The notes under the pieces were generated by a model, which had not been told where the DNA came from, did no database searches, and worked only from the letters and a program-made list of their open reading frames with translations. Positions 16,716-25,842 of a DNA stretch of 46,044 nucleotides are shown here, piece after piece (positions within the stretch are counted from its first letter, which is position 1; the number at the start of each line of letters is the position of its first letter). The DNA comes from Nitrospira bacterium HGW-Nitrospira-1 (GTDB taxonomy: Bacteria > Nitrospirota > Thermodesulfovibrionia > Thermodesulfovibrionales > UBA6898): assembly GCA_002839535.1 (NCBI GenBank), contig PGYF01000001.1, forward strand, positions 2,352-48,395. Reading direction: 5' to 3'. Position numbers and translations under genes: made by a program.

Positions 16716-17983
16716 CTTGTCTGCTCCTTTTTTTTGTCTCCCTTCCAGCTTCTGCCTGCAAGCCGCTGCCGATGATATGTGCCGCTCTCCTTTTCCTTTT
16801 CAAGTACCTTCATGAAGAGCTGGGCCATCTTTATTTCCTGGCTGCAACTGCCGTAAAAAGTGTCCCATGCGTAATAATACATCTCCTGTAATTTTTCAGC
16901 GCTCATCAGCGCGGGCTGAAAGACCACATCGCCGCCGGTATACCTGCGCCAGTCATTATGGAGGATTCTGCCTGCCGCTTCCAGGTCGGCCCTAATGGGA
17001 GTGTGGGGAAATGGGGTCAGTATGGTAAACTCGGCAAGGTCAAGGTTGATTTCAAGGAGAAAATCCACAAGCCGTTTTATATAATCTTCGTCGTGGTCAT
17101 CCATGCCAAGAATAATCGTACCTTCGACGCCTATGCCGCGCTCCTGCAACCGCTTCACCCGTCTTCTTATGTGGTCGGAGGTGTCGAAGATCGCCTGGTA
17201 CACATACCAGCAACCTGCCTCTGCCGCCAGGTCCAGGATCTCGTCATCATCCTTGATAGGATGAGAGATCCACTTTTTCTTAAGAGGTATAAGGGCGCGG
17301 AACAAGGTTTTTTCCCACTCGTCATTCTGGGCCATTGAATTGTCCACAAAGAAAAGACGGTTATTGTCAATACCCTGAAGCTCACTGACGACCGACTCTA
17401 TCTCTCTTGGTCTGAACTGCCGTCCACCCAAAAAAGGCGTACAGCACGGGAAACAATTGAACCTGCACCCCCTGGAGGCATGAATCAGGTCAACCATCTG
17501 CACCCCCCGATAGTTATAAAGATCACGCTTCAGGATGCTCCTTCGGGCAGGCCCTATCAGACGAGTATCTGGGAAATCCAACAGGTAGTTGTAGACCTTC
17601 CTGAGTTTATTGTTCCGCACATCCTCTATCACAGCACCGAACCTGCCCTCTGCTTCACCCAGAAACACGGAATCCGCATGCTCAAGCGTCTCCTCAGAAT
17701 GTAGCATCGTGCCTATTCCCCCAAAGATTACCGGCACACCCAAGCCCCTGTATATATCTGCGATCTCCCAGCCCCTCGGTATCTGGCAGGTGAGCATGGC
17801 TGATATGGCTACCAGGTCAACCTTTTCATCAAAATTCAGCTCCTCCACATTCTCGTCGCAGAAAGAAAGCTCTACGTCTTCCGGCACAGCTGCCGCAAAA
17901 CAGACCGGCCCGTGGGGTGGGAGATGGAACTCTGTCTGTCTGCTTAATTTCGGCCATTTGGGGTAAATAAGTTTAATTTTCAC
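16712..17983 (-). CDS. B12-binding (class B) radical SAM protein
   Basis: 423 aa. N-terminal Rossmann-like region (VDLVAISAM...PVIFGGIG), then HASRGCRFNCFPC (CX3CX2C). Confidence 0.8.
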   Translation of the reverse strand: MKIKLIYPKWPKLSRQTEFHLPPHGPVCFAAAVPEDVELSFCDENVEELNFDEKVDLVAISAMLTCQIPRGWEIADIYRGLGVPVIFGGIGTMLHSEETLEHADSVFLGEAEGRFGAVIEDVRNNKLRKVYNYLLDFPDTRLIGPARRSILKRDLYNYRGVQMVDLIHASRGCRFNCFPCCTPFLGGRQFRPREIESVVSELQGIDNNRLFFVDNSMAQNDEWEKTLFRALIPLKKKWISHPIKDDDEILDLAAEAGCWYVYQAIFDTSDHIRRRVKRLQERGIGVEGTIILGMDDHDEDYIKRLVDFLLEINLDLAEFTILTPFPHTPIRADLEAAGRILHNDWRRYTGGDVVFQPALMSAEKLQEMYYYAWDTFYGSCSQEIKMAQLFMKVLEKEKESGTYHRQRLAGRSWKGDKKKEQTR

Positions 17984-18657
17984 TTTGGATGTTTCCCTTT
18001 CTTTATCAATAAAAATTCTTCTGCCATTTCACGCAGGCTGCCCCCTTTTTCGATTACAGGCAGGGCTTCCGAAACATCGCACAACACCTGCTGCCCCAGC
18101 GCCGGTTCCTTCACTAAAACAATATATGCAGCCTGATCCTCCGTGTTCATCCCGGCCAGTACAGCCTGGGTCTCGCCAAGCATCAGCATTTCAGAGGCGG
18201 CCCTTACGACCGGCAGCAAAGAGGTCTGACCTGAACTCATATAAAATACAGGTCCCTGCAGGCCAAAATGTATCGCGGCCTCGCCAAGCGGGCTTGACGG
18301 AAGGGTATAAAGAAAAAGATTGCCCCGCGACAATTTCCTTCCGCTGTCTATATAGTCACGAAAATAATCAATGTCCGCCTGAAGAGAACCGTCTGCGTTC
18401 GTGCCGATAAGACCCATGTCTTTTTTCCGGTTGCTGTCATAAGCCTCTCCCGCGTCCTTCAGTGCAAGGGCAACAGCGTAACAGACAAGTTTTGAGACCT
18501 CATCAAGCCGTCCGAAATTCTTAAAGGTATAGGAAAATATATCCGTTCGTGAGAGCCCGTCAAAGGAGGTGAAATCCTTATAGCTGACAGGCATATTCTG
18601 CCTGACGCATATATATTCCTCTTTATTTATCCATCCCATGCCTCTAATAGCAATCAT
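17980..18657 (-). CDS. Short KS-N-terminal-like protein (ApeC-type chain length factor)
   Basis: 225 aa, 4-nt overlap with the preceding KS. The thiolase N-terminal-like sequence has no catalytic Cys motif, and the size and position match the ApeC partner of ApeO. Confidence 0.65.
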   Translation of the reverse strand: MIAIRGMGWINKEEYICVRQNMPVSYKDFTSFDGLSRTDIFSYTFKNFGRLDEVSKLVCYAVALALKDAGEAYDSNRKKDMGLIGTNADGSLQADIDYFRDYIDSGRKLSRGNLFLYTLPSSPLGEAAIHFGLQGPVFYMSSGQTSLLPVVRAASEMLMLGETQAVLAGMNTEDQAAYIVLVKEPALGQQVLCDVSEALPVIEKGGSLREMAEEFLLIKKGKHPK

Positions 18658-19772
18658 GCCAGCGCAAGGGCGGAATTGATGCCGCCAAAACCCGCATTAG
18701 TCATCAGCGCCACGGAATTTTTTTGGATGAGACGATACTCAGTAGACACCCATCCTTCTGCCTCAGTATCCGCTTCTTTAAGATTCACAGTTGGAGGAAT
18801 CTTCCCCTCTCTGAGTACCTTTAGCGCGATTATCATCTCGACAAGCCCTGCAGCTCCCATAGTGTGACCTATGCCGCCTTTTATGGAATAGACAGGTATT
18901 TTTTTATCTTTGAATACAGAGTTAAACGCCCTCATTTCCATGGCGTCATTATAGACCGTACCTGTTCCATGGGCCGAAATAAAGCCGACCTCGCTCTCGC
19001 TTGCCCGCGCTGAGGACAATGCCTTTCCTATGGCCATAATCAGCCCTTCACTCTGGCGGGAAGGTCCGGTCATGTGATTGGCGTCATCGCTCAACCCCCA
19101 GCCAAGGACTTCACCGAGGGGCTCCCGCTTCTCTTTCCCTGCCCTCTGTTCACTCATTAGTAACACAAATGCTGCCGCCTCTCCGAGACTCAAGCCGCTT
19201 CTGTTTTTGTCAAAAGGCATGGCAGAAATCTTTTCAAGCGCCATAAGAGAAGAAAATCCTGAATAGACAAACTCCGTCACGCTGTCACAGGCCACGACCA
19301 AAACGCAGTCGCTTCGGCCGCTCCGTATCATCGCAGCAGCCCTCGCTATGCCGACTGCGGATGAGGAGCAGGCGGCCGAGATAAGGGTCCCTTTGGTATT
19401 GACTCCTGCAAGCAGAGCGACCTTTTCAAGAAAGGCTGCCTGGCTGTTTTCGAACATGTGCTTCTGCCCCTGGAGTATCTTCTTCTCAAGAAGGTCTATC
19501 TCCCCTTTTGTCGTGGCGACTATAAGGTCGGCATCAGCAGGTATGGGTGCGGATTTTCCAAATAATGCAGTCAGCATCTGCATGACCAACGAATCTTTTT
19601 GATGATATTTCAGACCCTCTATTGTCGCCGCGTAATTGGACTGAAAGGCGCTCGTGTCAAATCTGTTCAGCTTCGAAATGGCAGTCTGACCGGCAAAGAG
19701 ATTGTCCCGGCAGGCATCAGTGCCCAGTCCGTAGGGCGTAAGCATTTCAGAGGAGACCGCCACGACTCTCAT
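18654..19772 (-). CDS. Beta-ketoacyl-ACP synthase (KS, ApeO-like)
   Basis: Motifs ISAACSSSAVG, SAHGTGT and GHTMGAAG. The start at ATG 19772 forms an ATGA overlap with the thioesterase stop and is preferred over the ORF-track start at 19814. Confidence 0.9.
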   Translation of the reverse strand: MRVVAVSSEMLTPYGLGTDACRDNLFAGQTAISKLNRFDTSAFQSNYAATIEGLKYHQKDSLVMQMLTALFGKSAPIPADADLIVATTKGEIDLLEKKILQGQKHMFENSQAAFLEKVALLAGVNTKGTLISAACSSSAVGIARAAAMIRSGRSDCVLVVACDSVTEFVYSGFSSLMALEKISAMPFDKNRSGLSLGEAAAFVLLMSEQRAGKEKREPLGEVLGWGLSDDANHMTGPSRQSEGLIMAIGKALSSARASESEVGFISAHGTGTVYNDAMEMRAFNSVFKDKKIPVYSIKGGIGHTMGAAGLVEMIIALKVLREGKIPPTVNLKEADTEAEGWVSTEYRLIQKNSVALMTNAGFGGINSALALA

Positions 19773-20254
19773 GCCCTGGGATGAAATTCGCCTGTCTTCC
19801 ATCGTTGCCGGCACCTCTCCAGTAATGCGGGAGAGACTATGCAGACCTCGCCGCTTTCTGCTTCAGTCAATAATTGGACGGTATATCCTGTTGCAGCAAG
19901 CGAACCGTCCTGTTTGTAAAGGCCGAACTCAGTATTGAGGCGGGCGCCCTCATGCCAGATCAGGGAGGCCCTGCTTCTAAACTCCTCGGCAAGACGGAGG
20001 GACTGGTAGTAGTCCACATGAAATTCAACAATCGGCGCCCGCAGGCCTGCCTCATGAAAGTCCTTGTATGAAAGTCCGCATATCCTGCCCAACTCCTCGG
20101 CAGCCTCCTCGAAGTACAGGGAATACCTTCCATGCCAGACAATACCCATGGCGTCAATCTCACTGAAATGCACCCGCCTCCAGACCTCTGCAACAACAGG
20201 CGCAGGCAGATCTTCGCCTCTTTCAAAATAGGTCTTTCTTTTCCTGTTTCTCAT
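19769..20254 (-). CDS. 4HBT/YbgC-type acyl-CoA/ACP thioesterase (ApeK-like)
   Basis: 161 aa. VHFSEIDAMGIVWHGRYSLYFEEA is typical of the hot-dog 4HBT family. Confidence 0.8.
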   Translation of the reverse strand: MRNRKRKTYFERGEDLPAPVVAEVWRRVHFSEIDAMGIVWHGRYSLYFEEAAEELGRICGLSYKDFHEAGLRAPIVEFHVDYYQSLRLAEEFRSRASLIWHEGARLNTEFGLYKQDGSLAATGYTVQLLTEAESGEVCIVSPALLERCRQRWKTGEFHPRA

Positions 20255-20631
20255 ATTTTCTTTTCCTGTATCAGCCCGCGTAATTTCAATTCCGCAACCG
20301 CCTGTCCAGCCCTACTGACAGAGGCCTTCACGACAAATGCTTCAGGTCTGTCATCTGCCCCAGAGCAGACGCAGAGGATTTCTTCAGACGGTAAAACCGG
20401 CGAAAAAAACTTCGCTGATATAATCTCTTTCAGCAAAAAGGCCTTGCCTGCTTTTTCGTACATTGAGACAACGCACTGTATCTGACACACGCCAGGCAGT
20501 ATCTTTTCAGATGGGAAATGTCCCTGAAAGCCGACAAACTCCTCAGGAAAGGTGAAGCACGCCTTCAATACACCAGCTGCCGAGGACTCCAAAGCCGTCA
20601 TATATTTCTCAACTTCTTTTTTGATGCTCAA
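20251..20631 (-). CDS. Hot-dog 3-hydroxyacyl-ACP dehydratase (ApeI/FabZ-like)
   Basis: 126 aa, with the FQGHFPSEKILPGV FabA/FabZ-type motif. Confidence 0.7.
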   Translation of the reverse strand: MSIKKEVEKYMTALESSAAGVLKACFTFPEEFVGFQGHFPSEKILPGVCQIQCVVSMYEKAGKAFLLKEIISAKFFSPVLPSEEILCVCSGADDRPEAFVVKASVSRAGQAVAELKLRGLIQEKKI

Positions 20632-21293
20632 TCCGAGACTTCCTTTAATCTTATGATCAATCTGTAGCCATACAGGTAATTCTTCAAAATCGTACCTCCG
20701 GGATATATTTTTCCGTCCCTGTTAAGATATTCGTAAAAAGAAACGCGCCACACAGGGCCTCCCTTCTCATAATATGTTTTTTCAGTCAGGTATTGGTCCG
20801 GTCCAGAAAAAACATATTCCGCAATGCCTTCCCCCTCCTGCTGCCTGAATATTACAGAGAATTTCTTCCTGTTGATTTCAGCCTCTTTGGAGGGGACCAG
20901 ATCAAAATAGACCCGTTTGATGTCTTCTCCTGCCATCTTTCCAAAATTGCCCTTTGCAGTAAATTCCGGCAGGGCAAAGAGGGTATTTATGCTGTCCTTA
21001 TCAATGGACAACTCGAAAAGTTTCACTCCCATCTGGTTTATAGATACAAGGTTGCAGGTCCTCTCAGCAGTATCAACATCAACAAAGCCTATGCCGGAAA
21101 AGGTCTTCCAATTATACTCAAAGACAAGGGTGTTCAGCAATAGGAAGCGCTCCGGAATACTCGCTTGAAACCGCTCCCTTACCATAGAGGGATCGACTGA
21201 GGAATAAGACTCATCAAGCGACTTCTTAAAAGGAATGCCCTCGCAGCCGATCATGAGGGCCAGCAGGCACAGAACGACTGCCGGCCGCTTCAT
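20628..21293 (-). CDS. Lipoprotein of unknown function (position of the DUF3261-type APE-cluster lipoprotein)
   Basis: Lipobox LALMIGC. About 220 aa, located between the MMPL exporter and the dehydratase as in APE clusters. The family assignment is by context only. Confidence 0.55.
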   Translation of the reverse strand: MKRPAVVLCLLALMIGCEGIPFKKSLDESYSSVDPSMVRERFQASIPERFLLLNTLVFEYNWKTFSGIGFVDVDTAERTCNLVSINQMGVKLFELSIDKDSINTLFALPEFTAKGNFGKMAGEDIKRVYFDLVPSKEAEINRKKFSVIFRQQEGEGIAEYVFSGPDQYLTEKTYYEKGGPVWRVSFYEYLNRDGKIYPGGTILKNYLYGYRLIIRLKEVSD

Positions 21294-23677
21294 GCGTCGC
21301 CTCCCTGTCGTTTCCGTGTTGAGAGCATACTACAAAACGAAGGCACCACAAACATGGCGGAAAGGTATCCCGAAGACATGCATATCACCATTGCCAGACC
21401 CGTAGAAAAAAAGGCCGGATGTTTGGCAAAAAGCAGTGCCCCTGCGCCAATAATATTGGTGGCGGCAGATAAAGACACGACAAACGCGGTCCCCATAGTC
21501 AGATTATTCCGGTAATCATATGTCCTGCCTATACCGTAGTCCACAATAACGCCGCTGGTAATGATCGCAGCCACGATGTTCACCACATTGAGAGGAAAGC
21601 CGAAGAACGACATAAGTCCGGCGAGCCATACCATTCCCGTTAAAACAGGTATAAGGGCTATGACGGTTTCTTTGATATTTCTGAAAAATATGTAAGTCAG
21701 AACAATATTAAATAAGATCGCAAGAGGGACAAGAAACTTCGCCTCCCTGGAGGTGAAACTGGATATGGATTCGGACAGGGCACGGCCTGAGACAACAAAT
21801 GTTCCTGGATGGACTCTGCTCAAGTCCGACATGGTTTTTACAAACTCTTTTTCATCAGGGAAAAAGGACAGTATCCTGCAGCCCTCCGGCCTTTGCTGCA
21901 CAAACCGCTCTTTTACATTCGCCATGAACTCGTTATCAGCGCTGCTAAAGTCAGCGACTTTAAATAAGTTGTCAAAAAATGGGGAAAAGGCATCTTTGGA
22001 AAAGTCATGCTTCGGCGATTCACTTTTAATAAGACCTCTAAGCCTCGCCTCCCTTCCCTGTCTCCAGAAGTTGTTCCAGTTGTCGACATTCTTTCTCCTT
22101 GTTTCCTCAGAAGACCAGAACATAGACAGGCTCAAAAAACGGTCTGTAGCAGCAACTTCTGCGACCCTTTGAAATATGGCGTCATTAGTCTTCATCGCCT
22201 CCTCAAAGGTCTTGCCCGTGACCACGAAAATCGCCTGGCCGGTATTTCCTCCCCAGACCGCATGAAAGTTTTTTTCTGCATTTACTACTTCAGGTCCGCT
22301 GCCATCGAGTTGTTTAATGTCGCTTTCAATCCTGACATTGAAAGACAGAACTATCGCAGCTAAGGTCAGGACAGCCCAGAGCCCGATACTTAAATTTCTG
22401 AGCCACGGGTTTCTTTCAAACCTGTCAACTATCCCCTGCGGTTTGATCTCGGGATATTTCTTCCATTGCAGGGTTTGGGGCAGAATAAAGAGCGCAAAAA
22501 AGAGAGAGATTACAATACACAGTATCGAAAAAAGGGCCAGTTGGTGGTATCCATGGATTTTGGAGAAGTAAAGCACATAAAATCCGAACACCGAAGTTAT
22601 CGCGTCAACGCACAAAAGCTTCGCAAGTTTCAGTGTCCGGGATGGGTCAACGCCTTTTCTGGATGAAACATATACCATGAGGCCGTAATCAACAGATATG
22701 CCTGCAATCGCAGTTCCGAACCCGATAACCAGATAGGAGAGCTTCCCGGCAAAAAACCAGGAAATATTGATAGCCAGAATGACCGCAAGAAGCGGAATAA
22801 TATATACAAAGACAACTCTCATGTCCCTGAATACAGCAAAAAAAAGCAGCAGAAAAACAATTGAAACCATGATCGAAAGCAGTCTGATATCACGCTTGAT
22901 CACGGTTTCGTTGCTGACAGTATGCCTGTGCCCGCTTACAACATCGGCAGAGACATAGCCAGGCAAACTCCCGAGCTTTTCGTAAAGCGCAGTCAAAAGC
23001 CTTTTGGAGTTTGGAGCGTCCGTCATCTTCACAGGCGTTTGAATTATCATCATGGCATGGCGGCCGTCGCTGCTGATAAAATGACCGTCCTCGACAGCAA
23101 CATCATATCCCATTGAAGCCGGAAGGGCCTTTAACTTATCCATAAGAAGGAAGTTTATGCCGAGAGGGTCTGCCCGAAACATCGGAGTCATAAAAACACT
23201 CTCAGGTTTCAAAGACTGTATATATATCCTCTTTAATTTTTCGGAAACTGAGGCAGTGTTTATCCGGAGGTCAATAGCGGTCAGGTCTTTTTCAGTAAGT
23301 ATCTGCGGGGCATAATTCAAAAAAAAACCGTCCATCACATTCGCAACCGAAAAACCGGTTGTCACCTTGCCAAATAATGGAGGAGAGAGGGAGGCAGCCA
23401 GCTGGTCGACTGCGTTAAACAGGTCCTTCTTGCCTGCTTCCTCGGATGTGAGTGAAAGAGAGACAACGATCTTGTCGGAGAGATTCGAGTCCCGCAGAAA
23501 ACTCATGCTGCGGTCAATGTCCCTGTCAGGGGGGAGCATCATATCAACATTACCGTCATACTGTACAAATAAAAGCCCGGCGACTGCTGCCAGTGTCAAA
23601 AATATTACGCCCACAAGCACAAACTTCCTGTTGCCCTTCATAAAACCGGAAAGCAGGTCAAAGTACCTGTCAAACAC
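21290..23677 (-). CDS. MMPL/RND-superfamily lipid exporter (ApeM-like)
   Basis: 795 aa. Two blocks of about 5-6 hydrophobic helices, each preceded by a large soluble loop, which is typical MMPL topology. Confidence 0.8.
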   Translation of the reverse strand: MFDRYFDLLSGFMKGNRKFVLVGVIFLTLAAVAGLLFVQYDGNVDMMLPPDRDIDRSMSFLRDSNLSDKIVVSLSLTSEEAGKKDLFNAVDQLAASLSPPLFGKVTTGFSVANVMDGFFLNYAPQILTEKDLTAIDLRINTASVSEKLKRIYIQSLKPESVFMTPMFRADPLGINFLLMDKLKALPASMGYDVAVEDGHFISSDGRHAMMIIQTPVKMTDAPNSKRLLTALYEKLGSLPGYVSADVVSGHRHTVSNETVIKRDIRLLSIMVSIVFLLLFFAVFRDMRVVFVYIIPLLAVILAINISWFFAGKLSYLVIGFGTAIAGISVDYGLMVYVSSRKGVDPSRTLKLAKLLCVDAITSVFGFYVLYFSKIHGYHQLALFSILCIVISLFFALFILPQTLQWKKYPEIKPQGIVDRFERNPWLRNLSIGLWAVLTLAAIVLSFNVRIESDIKQLDGSGPEVVNAEKNFHAVWGGNTGQAIFVVTGKTFEEAMKTNDAIFQRVAEVAATDRFLSLSMFWSSEETRRKNVDNWNNFWRQGREARLRGLIKSESPKHDFSKDAFSPFFDNLFKVADFSSADNEFMANVKERFVQQRPEGCRILSFFPDEKEFVKTMSDLSRVHPGTFVVSGRALSESISSFTSREAKFLVPLAILFNIVLTYIFFRNIKETVIALIPVLTGMVWLAGLMSFFGFPLNVVNIVAAIITSGVIVDYGIGRTYDYRNNLTMGTAFVVSLSAATNIIGAGALLFAKHPAFFSTGLAMVICMSSGYLSAMFVVPSFCSMLSTRKRQGGDA

Positions 23678-24383
23678 GCCTTACCTCAAAAAAGCTGTTT
23701 TCAACAGGCGCGTCCAGCAGGGTATTGGAAAAGTCCAGCGTGGTCGTATCGCCGCTCATCTCATGAATTTTTATCTTCTTCAGATATTTTTCATCATCCC
23801 TGAATGTTATCGTGATGCTCCTGATCATCTTCCGCGCAATGTTCTTCTCATTCGGAACAAACTCAATAATCAGGGGATGCTGCTGCAACACGCTGACAGT
23901 GTTGTCGGCCATAAGAGCGCCGTATTCCCCTGAAAACCATACAGACAACTGATTGACGACATTCTTGAATATCGGATTTTTTGAAAGAGAGAGCTCCTGT
24001 ACCTGATTGGTATCTTCGTCCCACTGCCGGATCGCCTTATCAGTGATGACCACTGAATATTTAACCGGCTTGTCTACATGCCAGGCCAGCCTGTTGGGCT
24101 TTTGCATATAGATACGGCCCCGGAGCACGATCTTTTTCTTGAACATCGCCAGGTCTTTCTCCTGGACAAAGTCCGTCTTCAGGCTCTTGAAGCCGGAAAC
24201 CTTTTCCCCTATTGTGCGAAGCAGTTCCTGTATTTCAACTTCTTTGGCAGATAGCCCATTCTTTCCATCCGGGCCGCCCTTTGTCTCGCCGCCGGCCCGG
24301 GGGGCGATGACCGCTGGAGAAAACAGGGAAAGCACAATCAAAAGTACGATAGTTTTTTTCATTTCCATTTTATTTTTCACCAT
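23670..24383 (-). CDS. LolA-like lipoprotein-carrier-fold periplasmic protein (ApeL-like)
   Basis: Signal peptide (MKKTIVLLIVLSLFSPAVIA) and a F-x-Q-E-K motif region typical of LolA-like proteins. The likely start is ATG 24362-24368 rather than 24383. Confidence 0.65.
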   Translation of the reverse strand: MVKNKMEMKKTIVLLIVLSLFSPAVIAPRAGGETKGGPDGKNGLSAKEVEIQELLRTIGEKVSGFKSLKTDFVQEKDLAMFKKKIVLRGRIYMQKPNRLAWHVDKPVKYSVVITDKAIRQWDEDTNQVQELSLSKNPIFKNVVNQLSVWFSGEYGALMADNTVSVLQQHPLIIEFVPNEKNIARKMIRSITITFRDDEKYLKKIKIHEMSGDTTTLDFSNTLLDAPVENSFFEVRRV

Positions 24384-25842
24384 GCCAGACCTTTATTTCA
24401 CCTGTGGCTATCATGTCCTTTCCCTTGAAAATCTCCCCCTTGATTACACCGAATTCCCCATATTTTGCGACTTTATAGGTATAAACACTCAGCGTATCGC
24501 CAACTCCAGCGCTCCCCATAATCTCCAGATTCTTTACGCCCAGAAGAAAACCCTTTGAGCCGTTTTTACCGTTCCCTAAATTCTTGAACCCATTATGTGC
24601 TGCAATCGCCTGTGAAATAAGTTCCGGATAATAGGCCTCCTCAAGCCTGCCTTCCTCAGAGACAAATATCGTGTCTTTTGCTATAACAACTTCTGCTGTG
24701 GATTCCCTTTCCCCCACCCTGAGCAGTTTATTGACTATACGCATGGGAGGTTTATGAGGCACTAATTGGGAGGCGTCAATCGGCAGCCTGAAAATATCGT
24801 CCTGTTTGTCCTGATTCCTCCAGCACAGGGGATCAGAAGCCAGATAGTCTCCGGTCAACTGGAAGGCCGCCCCACGGCAGCCGTAACACCTGTCCAGACT
24901 GGAACATTCGCTGCAGGGCCCCTTGATAGTCTGTTTATAGTTCTTCAGGTCCTGGATTACCTCGCTGTCCAGAAGAATGTCCGCCAGTTTCCTTTGCCTG
25001 ATGTTCCCGACAGGTATGGTAACCCCCACGCAGGGCTGGACATCACCGTATGCATTGATTGCGCAGGAGAATTGGTGCCGCAGGCATTCACCGCCAACTA
25101 AAGGCGGCTGCGGTTCCCAGTGACGTCCGTATTTCAGCCTGTCTATCTCAGCTATCCTGCGGAAAAATGCATGGACACGCTCTGTATCAACATACAGCAG
25201 GTCATTTTTTTTGGCATTGCCCTGCGGCGTGATCATTTCAAAATAAGGGGTGACGCCCTGGTCCTTCAGCCACTCCCACATCCGTTCGAGTTCATCGATG
25301 TTCTGGTTGCAGATAATAGTGCTGATACCAAGGGGCGCCTCAGAGGGATAGCCAGCAGCCTTCAGATTACAGAAGGCCTCATGTATCTGGAAATAGGCGC
25401 CTTTTTTCCCTGAGAGCATGTCCTGCATATTCTCATCAAAGGTGTTCATTTTCAGCACCACCGCAACCCCGTGGCCGCGCAATATCCGCGCAGTTCCTGC
25501 GTCAATGCCTGTTCCGTTGGTGAAGAGTTCTATATGCAGGCCCTCTGCTTTTATGAATGCAAGCATCTCAAGGATATGAGGGTATATCATCGGTTCTCCG
25601 CCCAATATTATGATCTTTCTCGCCCCCAGGTCCTTAGCCTGCAGTATCACATCCCTGATTTCATCTGCTGTCATCTCACCCTCGTAATTAAGATCGTCTT
25701 TTGCGTAGCAGTAGATGCAGTTAAAATTACACCGGCGCGAAAATTCAACCTCCACTGAAAGCAGCCTGCCGCTGCCTGCCGCCTCGGCGATATCCTCCGG
25801 TGAAAATTCAGCGCCGTACATGCGACTTCTACAACTCTCCAT
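24370..25842 (-). CDS. Radical SAM / SPASM-domain protein fused to a C-terminal hot-dog (ApeP/FabA-like dehydratase) domain
   Basis: CNFNCIYC (CX3CX2C) and GGEPMIYP. Seven-Cys SPASM pattern (C-X12-G-X4-C, then CSECSSLDRCYGC, then DPLC). The C-terminal ~135 aa start VPHKPPMRIVNKLL and have a hot-dog-like pattern (nt ~24373-24789). Confidence 0.85.
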   Translation of the reverse strand: MESCRSRMYGAEFSPEDIAEAAGSGRLLSVEVEFSRRCNFNCIYCYAKDDLNYEGEMTADEIRDVILQAKDLGARKIIILGGEPMIYPHILEMLAFIKAEGLHIELFTNGTGIDAGTARILRGHGVAVVLKMNTFDENMQDMLSGKKGAYFQIHEAFCNLKAAGYPSEAPLGISTIICNQNIDELERMWEWLKDQGVTPYFEMITPQGNAKKNDLLYVDTERVHAFFRRIAEIDRLKYGRHWEPQPPLVGGECLRHQFSCAINAYGDVQPCVGVTIPVGNIRQRKLADILLDSEVIQDLKNYKQTIKGPCSECSSLDRCYGCRGAAFQLTGDYLASDPLCWRNQDKQDDIFRLPIDASQLVPHKPPMRIVNKLLRVGERESTAEVVIAKDTIFVSEEGRLEEAYYPELISQAIAAHNGFKNLGNGKNGSKGFLLGVKNLEIMGSAGVGDTLSVYTYKVAKYGEFGVIKGEIFKGKDMIATGEIKVWHGEK

